64,000 nucleotides of DNA, from positions 47,802,001-47,866,000 of the forward strand of contig NC_092357.1 of NCBI RefSeq assembly GCF_963676685.1, written 5' to 3'. The DNA is from Mytilus edulis (Eukaryota). The position numbers were made by a program, and so were the translations under genes. Positions 37,329-50,165 of this stretch are shown in pieces. Within the stretch, counting starts at the first letter, position 1. Each line of letters opens with the position of its first letter. Under the pieces are notes generated by a model. It did no database searches and was not told the DNA's origin. It worked only from the letters and a program-made list of their open reading frames with translations.

Positions 37329-40300
37329 CACTGTGCTTAAACGGCCGTGGGTAACTTAAGTTACCCACAGCCCAAGATGGAGCCGCCTGGCTTCGGTTAG
37401 GAAGTTTGCTCCTATATAATTACAATACCATGAATACAAAAGAAATGTTCAGTAATTAAAAAGTTATATAAATCTTTTAGGGAAACTCTGCAATGTAAAA
37501 CGTGGTTTGTTACTACAAAATAAACGATTACAGCACGATTTGCCAAAACACTCATGATGTCCGTAACTTCAAAACAACTTGTCCGTAACTTTTTTCCTTA
37601 TACCAATAAGGATGTCCGTAACTTCAGCATGATGTCAGTAACTTTTAAAGAATCTTTATTCGTGGATGTAATTATTTTAAAAAAGTAATGATAAATAACA
37701 AAAATACCGAACTCCTAGGAATATTCAAACGGGAAGTCCTTAATGGAATGGCAAAGCCAAAAGCTCAATTTAACACACCAAACGAATGGAAAACAACGGT
37801 CATATTCCTGCCTTGGTACAGGCATTAAAAAGTAAAATTACAAACATACTGAACTCTGAAGAAAATTCAACCAGGTGCTCCGCAGGGCGCAGCTTTATAC
37901 GACCGCAGAGGTCGAACCCTGAACAGTTGGGGCAAGTATGGACAAAACATTCAAGCGTGATACAGCTCTGAATTTGGATTGTGATCAAATTTTTGACATT
38001 ACATGGTTTTTTTTTTACACAAAACAAATGTCAAGATTTTACAAATCGATTAAAGATTTCTTCTTCAAACTTTTTAAATCTAAAATTAAATAGTTGACAC
38101 AGCATAGGTTTCTGACACAGAATGAATGTGGTCTAATGAACTTAAAAGTTTTTTTTTGCCTTTTTCCAAAACTGATATCAATTCAAATTTCTAATAGAGT
38201 TTGCAACAATAACTACTCTTTTAAATACATCATAAAATATTAAAATGTAAAATAAAGTGATGGTTATCACTGAATGGTAAAGATTGGTTGGTAGTAAAAG
38301 TGAATATACATTGTTTATTGTATAAAACAATAAAAAAAAACTTCATCAGCAACATTTTATATTGGCAAATTTCCAATGAAGTTATTTACATAAAGTTATT
38401 GGCAAATAAAAATAGAAAATGACATCATAGTCATGTCTGGCAAATGTCCAACATACATTATCTAAAAACATTTTAGATAAGATAAGGAAAATAAGCTTCA
38501 TCAGCAACATTTTATATTGGCAAATTTCCAATGAAGTTAACGTTATTTACATAAAGTTATTGGCAAATAAAAATAGAAAATGACATCATAGTCATGTCTG
38601 GCAAATTTCCAACATATATTATCAACTACTATTCTATACAAAGAAAGATAACTCCAATTGAAAATTAATTGCTATTGCACAATATTGTGCAATTAGATAT
38701 TTCTTGCTATTGTGCAATACTGTGCAATTGGAAATCTCTTGCTATTGCACAATACTTGATATGGAATCCTGATTTTGACCAAAAATTAAGAATCTACATG
38801 CACAGTTAGATTTGGCATATCAAAGAACCCATTTATTCAATTTTTGATGAAATCAAACAAAGTTTAATTTTGGACCCCCATTTGGACCAACTTGAAAACT
38901 GGGCCCATAATCAAAAATCAAAGTGCATATTTAGATAAAGCATATCAAATAAGCCCAAAAATTTAATTTTTGTTAAAATCAAAAATTTTGGACCCTTTGG
39001 ACCTTAATGTAGACCAATTTGAAAACTGGACCAAAAATTAAGAATCTACATGCACAGTTAGATTTGGCATATCAAAGAACCCATTTATTCAATTTTTGAT
39101 GAAATCAAACAAAGTTTAATTTTGGACCCCCATTTGGACCAACTTGAAAACTAGGCCAATAATTAAAAATCTAAGTACATTTTTAAATTCAGCATATCAA
39201 AGAACCCCAAGGATTCAATTTTTGTTAAAACCAAACTAAGTTTAATTTTGGACCCTTTGGACCTTAATGTAGACCAATTTGAAAACGGGACCAAAAATTA
39301 AGAATCTACATACATAGTTAGATTCAGCATATCAAAGAACCCCAATTATTCAATTTTTGATGAAATCACACACAGTTCAATTTTGGACCCTTTGGGCCCC
39401 TTATTCCTAAACTGTTAGGACCAAAACTCCCAAAATAAAACCCAACCTTCCTTTTATGGTCATAAACCTTGTGTTTAAATTTCATAGATTTCTATTTACT
39501 TATACTAAAGTTATGGTGCAAAAAACAAAAAATAATGCTTATTTGGGCCCCTTTTTGGCCCCTAATTCATAAACTAATGTGACCTCAACTCCAAAAATCA
39601 ATCCCAACCTTCCTTTTGTGCTCATAAACCTTGTGTTAAAATTTCATTGATTTCTATTTACTTATACTAAAGTTATTGTGCGAAAACCAAAAATAATGCT
39701 TATTTAGGCCTTTTTTTGGCCCTTAATTCCTAAACTGTTGGAACCAAATCTCAAAATCAATCCCAACCTTCCTTTTGTGGTCATAAACCTTGTGTCAAAA
39801 TTTCATAGATTTCTATTCACTTAAACTAAAGTTATAGTGCGAAAACCAAGAAAATGCTTATTTGGGCCCTTTTTGGCCCCTAATTCCTAAAATATTGGGA
39901 CCAAAACTCCCAAAATCAATCCCAACCTTCCTTTTGTGGTCATAAACCTTGTGTTAAAATTTCATTGATTTCTATTCACTTTTACTAAAGTTAGAGTGCG
40001 AAAACTAAAAGTATTCGGACGACTACGACGACGACGACAACGTGATATAAATATACGACCAAAAAATTAAAATTTTTGCGGTCGTATAAAAAGGAAAGTC
40101 CCTTATCAAATGGAAAAGTCCAAAGCTCAACCGAATCGATAACAACTGCCATTTTCCTGACTTGGTAAAGGCATTTTCTTATGTAGAAAATTGTACGGCA
40201 AAATTAATGTATCTTACATTCTACTGGCTTTATAGATTGTTAACTACTTAAGTTTTAGATGATAAATCATGACATGCAGGTTATAAATCTCACCATTTCC

Positions 40301-40964
40301 AACTGCAGAAATTACATTAATAGTGAACATATGAAAATCACCTTAGGAGAACAAGTTCGGAGGTCAATCCTTAGCAGAAATACATAGATGAATCAGTCCA
40401 AACCTCTAAAAAAGATATGTATGATTTGATACCCGATCTTATTGAACCACTGATGTCAATGAAACTTTTAGAAGATTTTAAATCTACCTTTATTGCTATA
40501 ATAAACTGACACCTGTTCAACAATAGTGAATATAGCCTTCCATCTACTCCTAGATATTGGCAATTTTTTTTTCACATTCAACAACACATCACACTAGATA
40601 TAGTGAAGAGACCATATTGTTTTGGCTAACAATTCAGAAATTATTTAAAGGAAAGGATATCATTTTTTTCCGCAGCTACACAGGCCAAGGACTCATCAGT
40701 GAACAATCTAAAAAGCTAGAAGAGTGTTAGATACATTTTGCCGTACCGTCAGATCCCGTTTTATCCCGAGAATATTTTTTTTTAAATTTAACGGAAAGTG
40801 ATGGTAAGTGATTTCTTTATTCTAAAATCCTATCAATATTTACATAGATCATGGTAAACGTTGCAAAAAGTAGATTTCGTATCAACTATCATCTCAACGA
40901 GTTTAGAGTCCGCCATCTTGGGCTGTGGGTAACTTAAGTTACCCACGGCCGTTTAAGCACAGTG
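37329..40964. mobile_element. Non-autonomous DNA transposon with Transib/RAG-like ends
   Basis: Perfect 52-bp TIRs (37329-37380, 40913-40964) starting CACTGTG; 5-bp TSD AGTAG (37324-37328, 40965-40969); no transposase ORF. Confidence 0.85.
37870..40091 (-). mobile_element. Helentron/HINE (DINE-1/pearl-like) element carrying internal satellite arrays, nested in the TIR element
   Basis: Subterminal inverted repeat TTTATACGACCGC at both ends, local inverted repeat and (GTC)n microsatellite at one end, internal ~120-160-bp tandem units; splits an older dispersed repeat at an A/T run. Confidence 0.75.
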
Positions 40965-41776
40965 AGTAGAGCACAAAGCAAAAGACAAGAAAGATATCAA
41001 ACAATCTAAAGCTATCACTTTACAAAAGATAGTCAAATTTACACGTGAAGTAATTCAAGAGTTGGATGAGCTAGAAAAGAAATTATTAACACAAGATGAT
41101 GGGACTGAGGAAAAGCTCACTTGGATTGCCGAATCTGGTCTTTCAGTTAGTCTTTAATATTCTATATTGTGTTCTTTTTTAGCCATGGCGTTGACAGTTA
41201 TTTTTCGATCTATGAGTTGGCTTTCCCTATGGTATCTTTCACCCCTCTTAACAACACACGGCTCAGAAATGCAAATATTGTTACTGTTTAATACTCTTCG
41301 AATGGATATTTCCAAGCAAGCGAATGACTTTCAAGATGTTATCCCGTCTTACGAACTTAGCGAATTTATCTTCAAGAATTCAACAATAAAGAATTAAAAT
41401 ATTATCCTTGTTCAATTATATACAGACCTCATAAACATGCAGAAGCCCAGATACCCTTTGTATATAACAAAATGCCACTAAAAAAAAATTAAAAAAATTG
41501 ATGTTCCTTATTGGAATGGTGACATCCTGAATATTGTACTCATGAACGACAATAGATTACTGTTATGTTTTTCCGGAGTCAAGAGTAAAGCATTGTCGTT
41601 ATGGTCGGAAATTTCATCGTCTGCCATCAGATGGCAAGCTTATAGACATTCTTCTGAAGACAGAAGATGGATTACGGCAACCATATGCTGTTGCTTTTAA
41701 AAATAATTATACAAAACTGTACATAGCAGACGGATACCATTGTGAAAAAAAAATATTAATATTTGACTGTACTTAG
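40965..41776 (+). pseudogene. TRIM-like pseudogene fragment, most similar to copy 1
   Basis: DNA matches copy 1 coiled coil and propeller ends; B-boxes missing, repeat insertion at ~41146-41250, frameshifts, large deletion in the propeller; ends FDCT*. Confidence 0.9.
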
Positions 41777-42520
41777 AAAAGCAACATCATTGTCACAGAT
41801 TTGTAAATTTGTCAGATCATGGTTTAAATAATCACATATGTACACTTTTGCTAGGTAATTTTTGGTTTATAAAACGCTCAATGTTTTTAATATCCTTTTA
41901 GATTTTCAAATATTTTGGCCTCTCGCGGATCACTGAAGAGACATTAATTGTTGAAGTGAGCATCATGTGCAGGATCTTCTTTACCGTTACTGTTATAACC
42001 TAGTTATGTTTCTCACATTACATGCACCAGTATAACAGTTTTAGCACAACAAGAAACTGATTATCATCCTCATTGTGTTTAATATAATAATTCAATGACA
42101 TACATGTACCGGCATGCAATTAACAAAACAAATTGATGGCGGAATAAAACAGAGATAGACAAACTTTATAGAACGTAACAATAAATGGCATAATCATGCT
42201 CTTGTAAGCATATGATAAACTATTTGACTGGAGTTAAAATTTAGAAGGCGTGGACAGGGCTACCTTATTTTATACATTTTTAACTTTTAAAGATGTTGTT
42301 TTTTGTTTCCTTTGTGATAGTTTTTATAAGTTGTTCCTCGTTTGAATACAGACAAAAGTCGACCAGAAAAAGTACATAATAAGGACTGTAATACCGACTG
42401 TCTGTTGAAATATCAATCCACCAAACTCAACAAATATATCGTTTATAAAAAAATCCAGCATATTGCTAATTTTATGTATTTTTTTTTTGTTTCTAATCGG
42501 AATGAGTGTGATTCTTCGGA

Positions 42521-43014
42521 ATGCTATGGAATAACATTTATTAAGAAGGTGATAGTTTTGGGTCGAATGGGAACACTTTATTTTCTGAGCGTGACTGGAA
42601 GTCTCATGAAAACATTCAATGTCGGAAGTGGTTACTTGTATTCACTGAAGAAAGGCAAGATGGATATGATATACCAGACATCTGGCGGTATGTGAGACAG
42701 AAAAGGATACACTGCATTGCATTGATATCAAAGGAACTGTTATTTTCTCATACACCTCCTGATTTTAATGGAACAGTAGACATGGCATTGGATGGTAAAC
42801 ATAATCTGTATGTAACAACCTGGAAATCAACAAATTGCATCGTTCGTCATCAGATGGAAAGCTTCTCGACATCCTACTGATAAAGGTGAGGAAAAAGAAA
42901 GATGAACTGAATGAACGGTATGCAGTTGCCTTCATAACGATTTATACCAAACTGTACATAGTAAACGGAACCTTTTTAATAGATAAACAAGTATTGATAT
43001 TTGATTGCGCTTAA
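42521..43014 (+). pseudogene. TRIM-like pseudogene fragment (C-terminal propeller), copy 2/3 type
   Basis: CYGITFIKKVIVLG...SLMKTFNVG; frameshifts; ends FDCA*; downstream sequence resembles the 3' flanks of copies 2 and 3. Confidence 0.88.
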
Positions 43015-43396
43015 AAACTGCATAACTATAAAGACTCGTTTCACTTGATAATTTGTAAGAGTTTCTATAAAATAATAAAAATCATGTTTTTGTTGAATTG
43101 TGTATGTGAACTATATTCCTCTTTTTGAAGAATTTATGAGTTATTGAAAATGACTAAAAGAACGCCATGTTTGACATAAAAAAAACTCTTTGTGTTTTCC
43201 GATATCACCAGTGATTAATTCATTGATGCAAATAAATAATCCATAAGGAATGAAAAACAATTTATTGTTAATTCGGCACGGTGTTTTTTTTTGGATTGAG
43301 CTGTCACCTAAGTACAAGAGTCAATTCCTTGTAAATCATTTGACTTAAGAAAAAGTAATACTGACAGTTCTAATCAAAGTTATACAATATAAAAAA

Positions 43397-43930
43397 GAAG
43401 ATGTGGTATGATTGCCAATGAAACAACTATCCACAAAAGACCAAAATTACACCATTAACGACTATAGGTCACCGTACGTCCTTCAACAATGAGCAAAGCC
43501 CATACCGCATAGTCAGCTATAAAAGGCCCCGATAAGACAATGTAAAACAATTCAAACGAGAAAACTAACGGCCCTATTTATGTAAAACAATGAACAAAAA
43601 ACAAATATGTAACACATAAACAAACGATAACCACTGAATTACAGGCTCCTACTACTTTTTTTTGGGACAGGCACATACATAAATAATGTGGCGGGGTTAA
43701 ACATGTTAGCGGGATCCCAACCCTCCCCTAACCTGGGACAGTGGTATAACAGTACAACATAAAAACGAACTGTAAAAATCAGTTGAAAAAGGCTTAACTC
43801 ATCAGATGGACAAAAATACAAGTGGACGTGGCCGTGTACTAATACATCCAGACACAAAAAGACACAATGAACAGATCTGAGAGTACTCGCAGTTATCTGA
43901 CAGCTAGTTCAAAGCCACTAACAACTAATA
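43397..43930 (+). repeat. Abundant dispersed repeat (AGATGTGGTATGATTGCCAATGA family)
   Basis: Near-identical inverted copy at 61636-62070; partial or related copies at ~560, 5535, 20820, 21807, 50240, 55300, 59340, 61412. Confidence 0.8.
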
Positions 43931-44393
43931 AGTTCTCTTTCAATTAAAAAATTAAACCATCATTTACGCGTTTTAATTGTCATTCTAGAGGGAAGATTAA
44001 CAAACTCGCACTTACCATGGTTACATATACATAAACAAATATTTATAATTTTTATAATCAGATAGATTTGGTTCTTATGTGCTCTGACATGTTCAGAGAA
44101 AGATAAATTTCTTTTATTTGTAAATATATATCTTAAAGAAATAGCAAATATGTACATATTTGTTTTTAACATTTACAGCACTAACTTATCACCACATTTT
44201 ATATTTTTGATAATGCACTTCACAAGTATTCAAAACACTAATGCACATTCATTTTCAGATTAAGATCGAAATTACTATTAAAATGAATGACAAATGGCAA
44301 TAACACATAATTGGTGACAAAATTCAGCCTCAAAAGGAGTGAAATAAGCAAAACAAAATTTATTTTACATTTAGGTAAAAACTTTTTATATAT

Positions 44394-44473
44394 GAGCGTC
44401 ACTTATGAGTCTTATGTAGACGAAACGCGCGTCTGGTGTACTAAATTATAATCCTGATCCATTTAATAACTAT
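44394..44473 (+). repeat. Retrozyme fragment with mutated hammerhead core
   Basis: Same motif but CTTATGA instead of CTGATGA. Confidence 0.75.
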
Positions 44474-47400
44474 TAGATCTGTTTTTTGTTAAATAAAAAA
44501 TACATTAAAAGACTGGAATACTTAGCTGTTTCAGCTGCTGACCTCTACCAAAGAAAGATTGAAGTGACCCACAACCCCAACCCACCCCTGGATTTTGTTA
44601 AATGTTATAGTCTTTTGATCCATGTTTGAACAAATGTCTATGCATCTTAATCTGAATGGTGTTGACCTCTGTTGAAAGTAAAAAAAGATTATCTTCTCGT
44701 ATAAGTCTAATTATAAATACATTGTTGAACAGTTCATCAAATGAACAGTTATAGTAAATGGGCGGCCCATTTTTAGACTGTTTCAGCTGTAAAATGATAT
44801 ATGCGATTGTGTACGCAATACAAATTAAATTTAAGAAAATAATAAAACAATAGTCTATAGCTACAATCGACTGTAAAATATAAAATATATTCACAAATTT
44901 AAAAGTGTTAGACATGTTTGCGCACCCCAACTCCGACAACATTTAAAGATAAAATTCAATTAAAATCAATTAGACAAAGACCGACCTTCGGTTTGAAATT
45001 GCAGTCAATTTATATGTATTTATTTACATATTCGTATCATAGATTAAGAAATATCTAAAATTACATGTGTTAAGTATAACATACTACATGTACTAGTCTA
45101 GTGATAATGTATGCCTCAATACATTTTATTCTTTGAAATATGAAATTATCGAAAATTTCATAAAAACGGTAACAAACACAATTCTAATACCCCGATACAT
45201 ATAATAAGTTTGTGAATGTGTACCTATAAAAAAGAATTTAAACTCTGCCTATACAACACATGTCATTTCTATTAATAAACGAAATAAAAGAAAAGACAAC
45301 TCCCATTGTACCAGATAACCACAATAGTATGTATACTGTCAATTGTTTTACTTTTTATTAATATTTACTATTACTTTTCATATTTTTCAACGGAGATGTT
45401 CATTAATACAATATTGTACAATATACAAATGTACTCTGAAATAACAAAGAACGTTGAAAATTATGTGTGTATGATATATCGATACATGGTGATCATTCGA
45501 TATCTAATAGTGATTTAACTTCCTGATATAAAAAGTAAATAACAAAGTTATCCGAGGAAAAGTCAAACCCGAAAGTCCATAATCAAATGGCAGAATGAAA
45601 TAATCAAACACATCAACAGAATGGATAACAACTGTTATATATAATATGTAACTTTGTTTATTCTTTTTAGGGGGAGGGGGTTTGATTTGTTTCGCTTGTT
45701 TCTTCGTTTAGATATTTTCACATGTAGTTTTACTTAAATGAAGTAAAAGAGAAGGAATTTGAGGCAACTGTCCGACAAGTGAGAGGTGTAATGCTATAAT
45801 TTTAACCAGGTTCAATCCACCATTTTCTACATCAGAATCTGCCTGTACCAAGTCAGGAATATGACAGTTGTTGTCAATTCGTGTGTTTTTGCCATTTGAA
45901 TAGGAACTTCCCGTTTGAATTTTCCTCGGAATTCAGTATTTTTGTGATTTAACTTTTTTGATACATACATTTCTGTTATATATTGAACGAAATGAAAAGG
46001 GGATAAAAATCACAATATTCTATCTATGATAATCAAAATGCTTAGTTGATACATTAGTCTTAATCCACTTGATATTTTTCTACCAAAAGCTCTCAACATT
46101 CTTCATAATCGAGAAATTATTTGAAAGATACGAAAACAAAACAAAAGTAACTGCTATTGCTTTATATTCATAAATTAAAAAAAATATTGAAAGAAGCAAA
46201 TTAAGGTTATTATAACTCTGTTAAAAATCGAAACAAGCGTCACTGGAGCTAATACATTTTCAATATCTTGATGTACAATTAGTTATATACACATATAGTA
46301 CTATTCAATTTAATTTTGTTATTGTTATTTGATTGTTCATTATTCATGTTATTGTAACCTTACTAAAAGAGAGGCAAAAGATACCAAAGGGACATTCGAA
46401 CTCGAAAATAAAATAAAAAAGCCTTGGCTGATAATAGTTTAATACAAATAAATATTGAATTCTATACTGTAAGCCCAAATTAATCATTACAATAGCGGAT
46501 TTAAAGATATAAATATTGATCTTTCTATGATTTCTGAGCCTGTTTGTTTTTGCCAACGTTTTGGGTTTGTTCTTATTTTTGATTTACAATTTTATTCATC
46601 ATGTTAAATATTTATTTCGACCTGAATGCACATCTGTTGTGTATGGCTTAATTTGTCCATCTTTATGCAAGTTTAATTCCAAAAGTATACACATACTTCA
46701 TTAACAAAAAGAGTCAAGGGTTGACTGGGGTATATTAATGACTTCTTCCACAAGACATGAAAACTCTTGCAAAATTGTGATAGATACATAACATATCCTC
46801 ATTTTTCATTTCGAATAAAAACAAAATCACGAAAAAGTTGATAGATAATATATCACATCAACCCTTGATTTTGTCGTAATATATATGTATGTTCTTGTTT
46901 TGGCTGACCGGTGGTATATTGTGCCGGGTTCAATTTCCAATTGGCATAGCGGTAATTATACAAGGAAAATCATTTAGAAAGTTGGATTAGAGTATAGACG
47001 GCGTGCACAAAAGTTGACGGCAACTGCAAAATGCGCTTTTAAAAGATGTTTTATGCAACCTTGTTAAAAACATCTTTCAAACAGGAACGGTTTTTGAAAA
47101 AGAAAATAATAAATGCTAGCCATTAAAATCCACATTATTAGTAAGGTTGTCAAAATTCAATATGTAAAGTATAAAACGAACTTAGAGAAAACGGCAAAAA
47201 TATGTGTAACTTGTAACATTAAATAAGCATAACATAGATCTTTTTACCTAAAATGTATACAAATTCAACATATTTACCCACATTTTCGTATAATAGAATT
47301 TTTCGGATTCGGACAATGACGAAATACCAAATTTACCCCCCCCCCCCCCCCGTTCCCATAAAAAAAAAATCAAAAAAGGCCATGGTGAATGAGTTTGGAA

Positions 47401-47850
47401 CGTAGTTCGTTATCATAAACCGTTATGTGTAAGAAGTAGAATTTGGAAGGGTTAATATTCGCAAATGAAAGAATCGGTTAAAATAAAATGTAATTGCTTT
47501 TTTTTTATTCCAAATAACTTGATATTCCAAATGTGTCAAATATCTGATGCATGATTTTTTTTTATTATTAATTGGTTTTGGCTTTTAACTAGCTGTCAGT
47601 AATATGGATCTTGTCTATATTAGTTATCAAAAGTACCAGGATTATAATTTTATACGCCAGACGCGCGTATATACCAGCTTTGATTATTTGGAATATCTAC
47701 TAATTTTCACTTCTTTGTACTACATTTGTATGAACATCAAGATTATTCTCCTTAAATCTGTACAGGGAAATTTGATCTAGCTCTAATTGTTTAGTTTTAT
47801 TGTTGATATTCACCCCATATGTATCTAGTGTTAAATTAGGTATTTATATA

Positions 47851-48826
47851 CTGACTGACTTTAAAAACGCAACACTCATTTTGTAGATTTTTTTGTACCA
47901 AATCATGTTTGATCCTCATAAAAATACTATTCATAATCATCAAACTCCTTTCCCTTTAGACAAAATCACAATCTGACGTACCTGTGGATATTGAACATAC
48001 CGGATTATTGAGATCGCTCGAATTCCAGAAAGCGACATTTCGAGCTAATAAAAGATTTTTTTCATTTTTTTTCTTTGTGAAACAATTCGTTCAATCTGAA
48101 ATCATTTAACGAATGTTGCATCTCCATATTGCTAAAAATGAGGAAAAAAATACTGAATCAACACATTATAATGCTGCAAACAGGAAAACGTGAACGTGCT
48201 GCAACAAGACAATTTGACGTCACAAACTCGTCTTACTGTCCTTCTGACAATGATACCGGTAGACGGGGTTTGTTGAAGGCTATCAAAGACCAAATCAAAA
48301 TGTAGTGACAATGCAACGTCAATAGAATTTGATTAGACAACGTCATTTGCGAGACAGATCTACGGCCGCAACGTCAACTGCCAACCAAATTGATGAATGG
48401 AATTTTGCACAGATTTATGCCATAAATGTTTCCCATCAACTGAACTGCCAAAGAATCGACTGCAGAAAACATTTAGAGCCTTAAAGTTTCAACCGCATAA
48501 TTGCCAAAACCCATTGTAATGGGTGGAACAACGGCAAAATCAGAAGGTACAAAACAGAAACCAAAACGTCCCAACAGAATTGGTTGACCTTTCTGACAAT
48601 CATTTTGGCGTTTGTTTCAGGCAGTCATTACTTTTCACGGTGACACGTACATTGGTAAGTGGGAACCAAGGGTTTCAGTGCATACCACAATATTTGAACA
48701 TTGACTTTGTACTGCTTTTTTTTTAAACATTTAAGTAATGAAAGAACTTCCCGTTCATAAGTTTGTTTACAAATAATTGCATATTTCAAAATAATAATTT
48801 AGTGTTGCGTTTCTAAAGTCGGTCAG
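47851..48826. mobile_element. Tc1/mariner-type non-autonomous element, ~1 kb
   Basis: TIR CTGACTGACTTTAAAAACGCAACACT / AGTGTTGCGTTTCTAAAGTCGGTCAG with TA on both flanks. Confidence 0.7.
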
Positions 48827-49734
48827 TATATTCTTGGTATTCCTAATTATTGGCAAATTTTGAATACACAGAAGTAGTATACTTAAAACGACAAAGTTAT
48901 TTTTCATTTACCTGTATATATTTTGAAAACCGTTTTTTTTTCAAAAGTGATTATTGATTAAGGGTTGTTAAATATTTCGCGGTGGTGTCTTGCCATGGCT
49001 TTGTTTGCTTTTTGGCCTTGAATGCTGGTCCCTAATATTTCATTAACTATGTATTTGCATTCAGGTATCGCAGATCAAATTTATTCGTTCATCGTGTGTT
49101 TATTTACGTTTTTTGATTGAGTTAAGCCTTCCAATTGATATTTTATCGTATGTTTTTCTATGTTGTGATGTTATACTATTGTTTCAGAAAAAGGGAGAAG
49201 GTTCGGTACCGTTAAAACGTTTAATCCCGTTGCACATGTTTGCACCTGTCTTAAGTCCGAAATCTGATTACAGTAGTTGTCGTTTGTTTATGTAATTTAT
49301 ACGTGTTTTTCGTTTCTTGTCGTTTATATAGATTATACCGTTGGTTTTCCCGTTTGAATGGTTTTACATTCGTTTTTGATACGTTTTATTATTTGATTTT
49401 GCCATGTGATTATGGACTTTCCGAATTGATTTTCCTCTAAGTTCAGTATTTTTGTGATTTTACTTTTTACGTCTCCGAGGATGTATCACCAGCCCAACAG
49501 CATTCCGACATTTTCACAAAAATACGTATATGGTTTATTTTGAATTTGCTGTTCTAACATTTATATAATTCTTTTCAAAGTAGGAAATGTACATGTATTC
49601 CGCACATGCTTAGCTTGAGTTCTGACTCTAGTTTTAAATTTTTGTACATATATTAGGTTTTTATTTACGATAAGATTGACCATGATCGAAACTTGAAAGA
49701 CATCAACTGTCGAACCGTAAATGTAATATACTAA

Positions 49735-50165
49735 CGAAATGTGCGTCTGGCATGCTAAATTATAATCCTGGTACCTTTGATAACTATTTACACCACTGGG
49801 TCGATACCACTGCTGGTGGACGTTTCGTCCCCGAGGGTATCACCAGCCCAGTAGTCAACATTTCGGTGTTGACATGAATATCAATAATGTGGTCATTTTT
49901 ATAAATTTCCTGTTTACAAAACATTGAATTTTACAAAAAAACTAAGGATTTTCTTATCCCAGGCATAGATAACCTTAGCCATATTTGGCACAACTTTTTG
50001 GAATTTTGGATCCTCAATGCTCTTCAACTTTGTACTTTTTTGGCTTTATAAATATTTTGAGCGTCACTGATGAGTCTTATGTAGACGAAAGGTGCGTCTG
50101 GCGTGCTAAATTATAATCCTGGTACCTTTGATAACTATTAACACTGATTGGATACCACTGCTAGT
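49735..50165 (+). mobile_element. Retrozyme-like unit (~351-bp period) with a degenerate type I hammerhead at 50059-50104
   Basis: Direct repeat of AAATTATAATCCTGGTACCTTTGATAACTA 351 bp apart; CTGATGA-GTCT/AGAC-GAAA core present, helix III mutated. Confidence 0.8.

Noticed and set aside
37329-40964. Functional V(D)J-like recombination of TRIM segments
   Set aside because: Only one pair of heptamer-like ends, flanked by a TSD, no nonamers or 12/23 asymmetry, no RAG genes in the window; a transposon insertion explains it.
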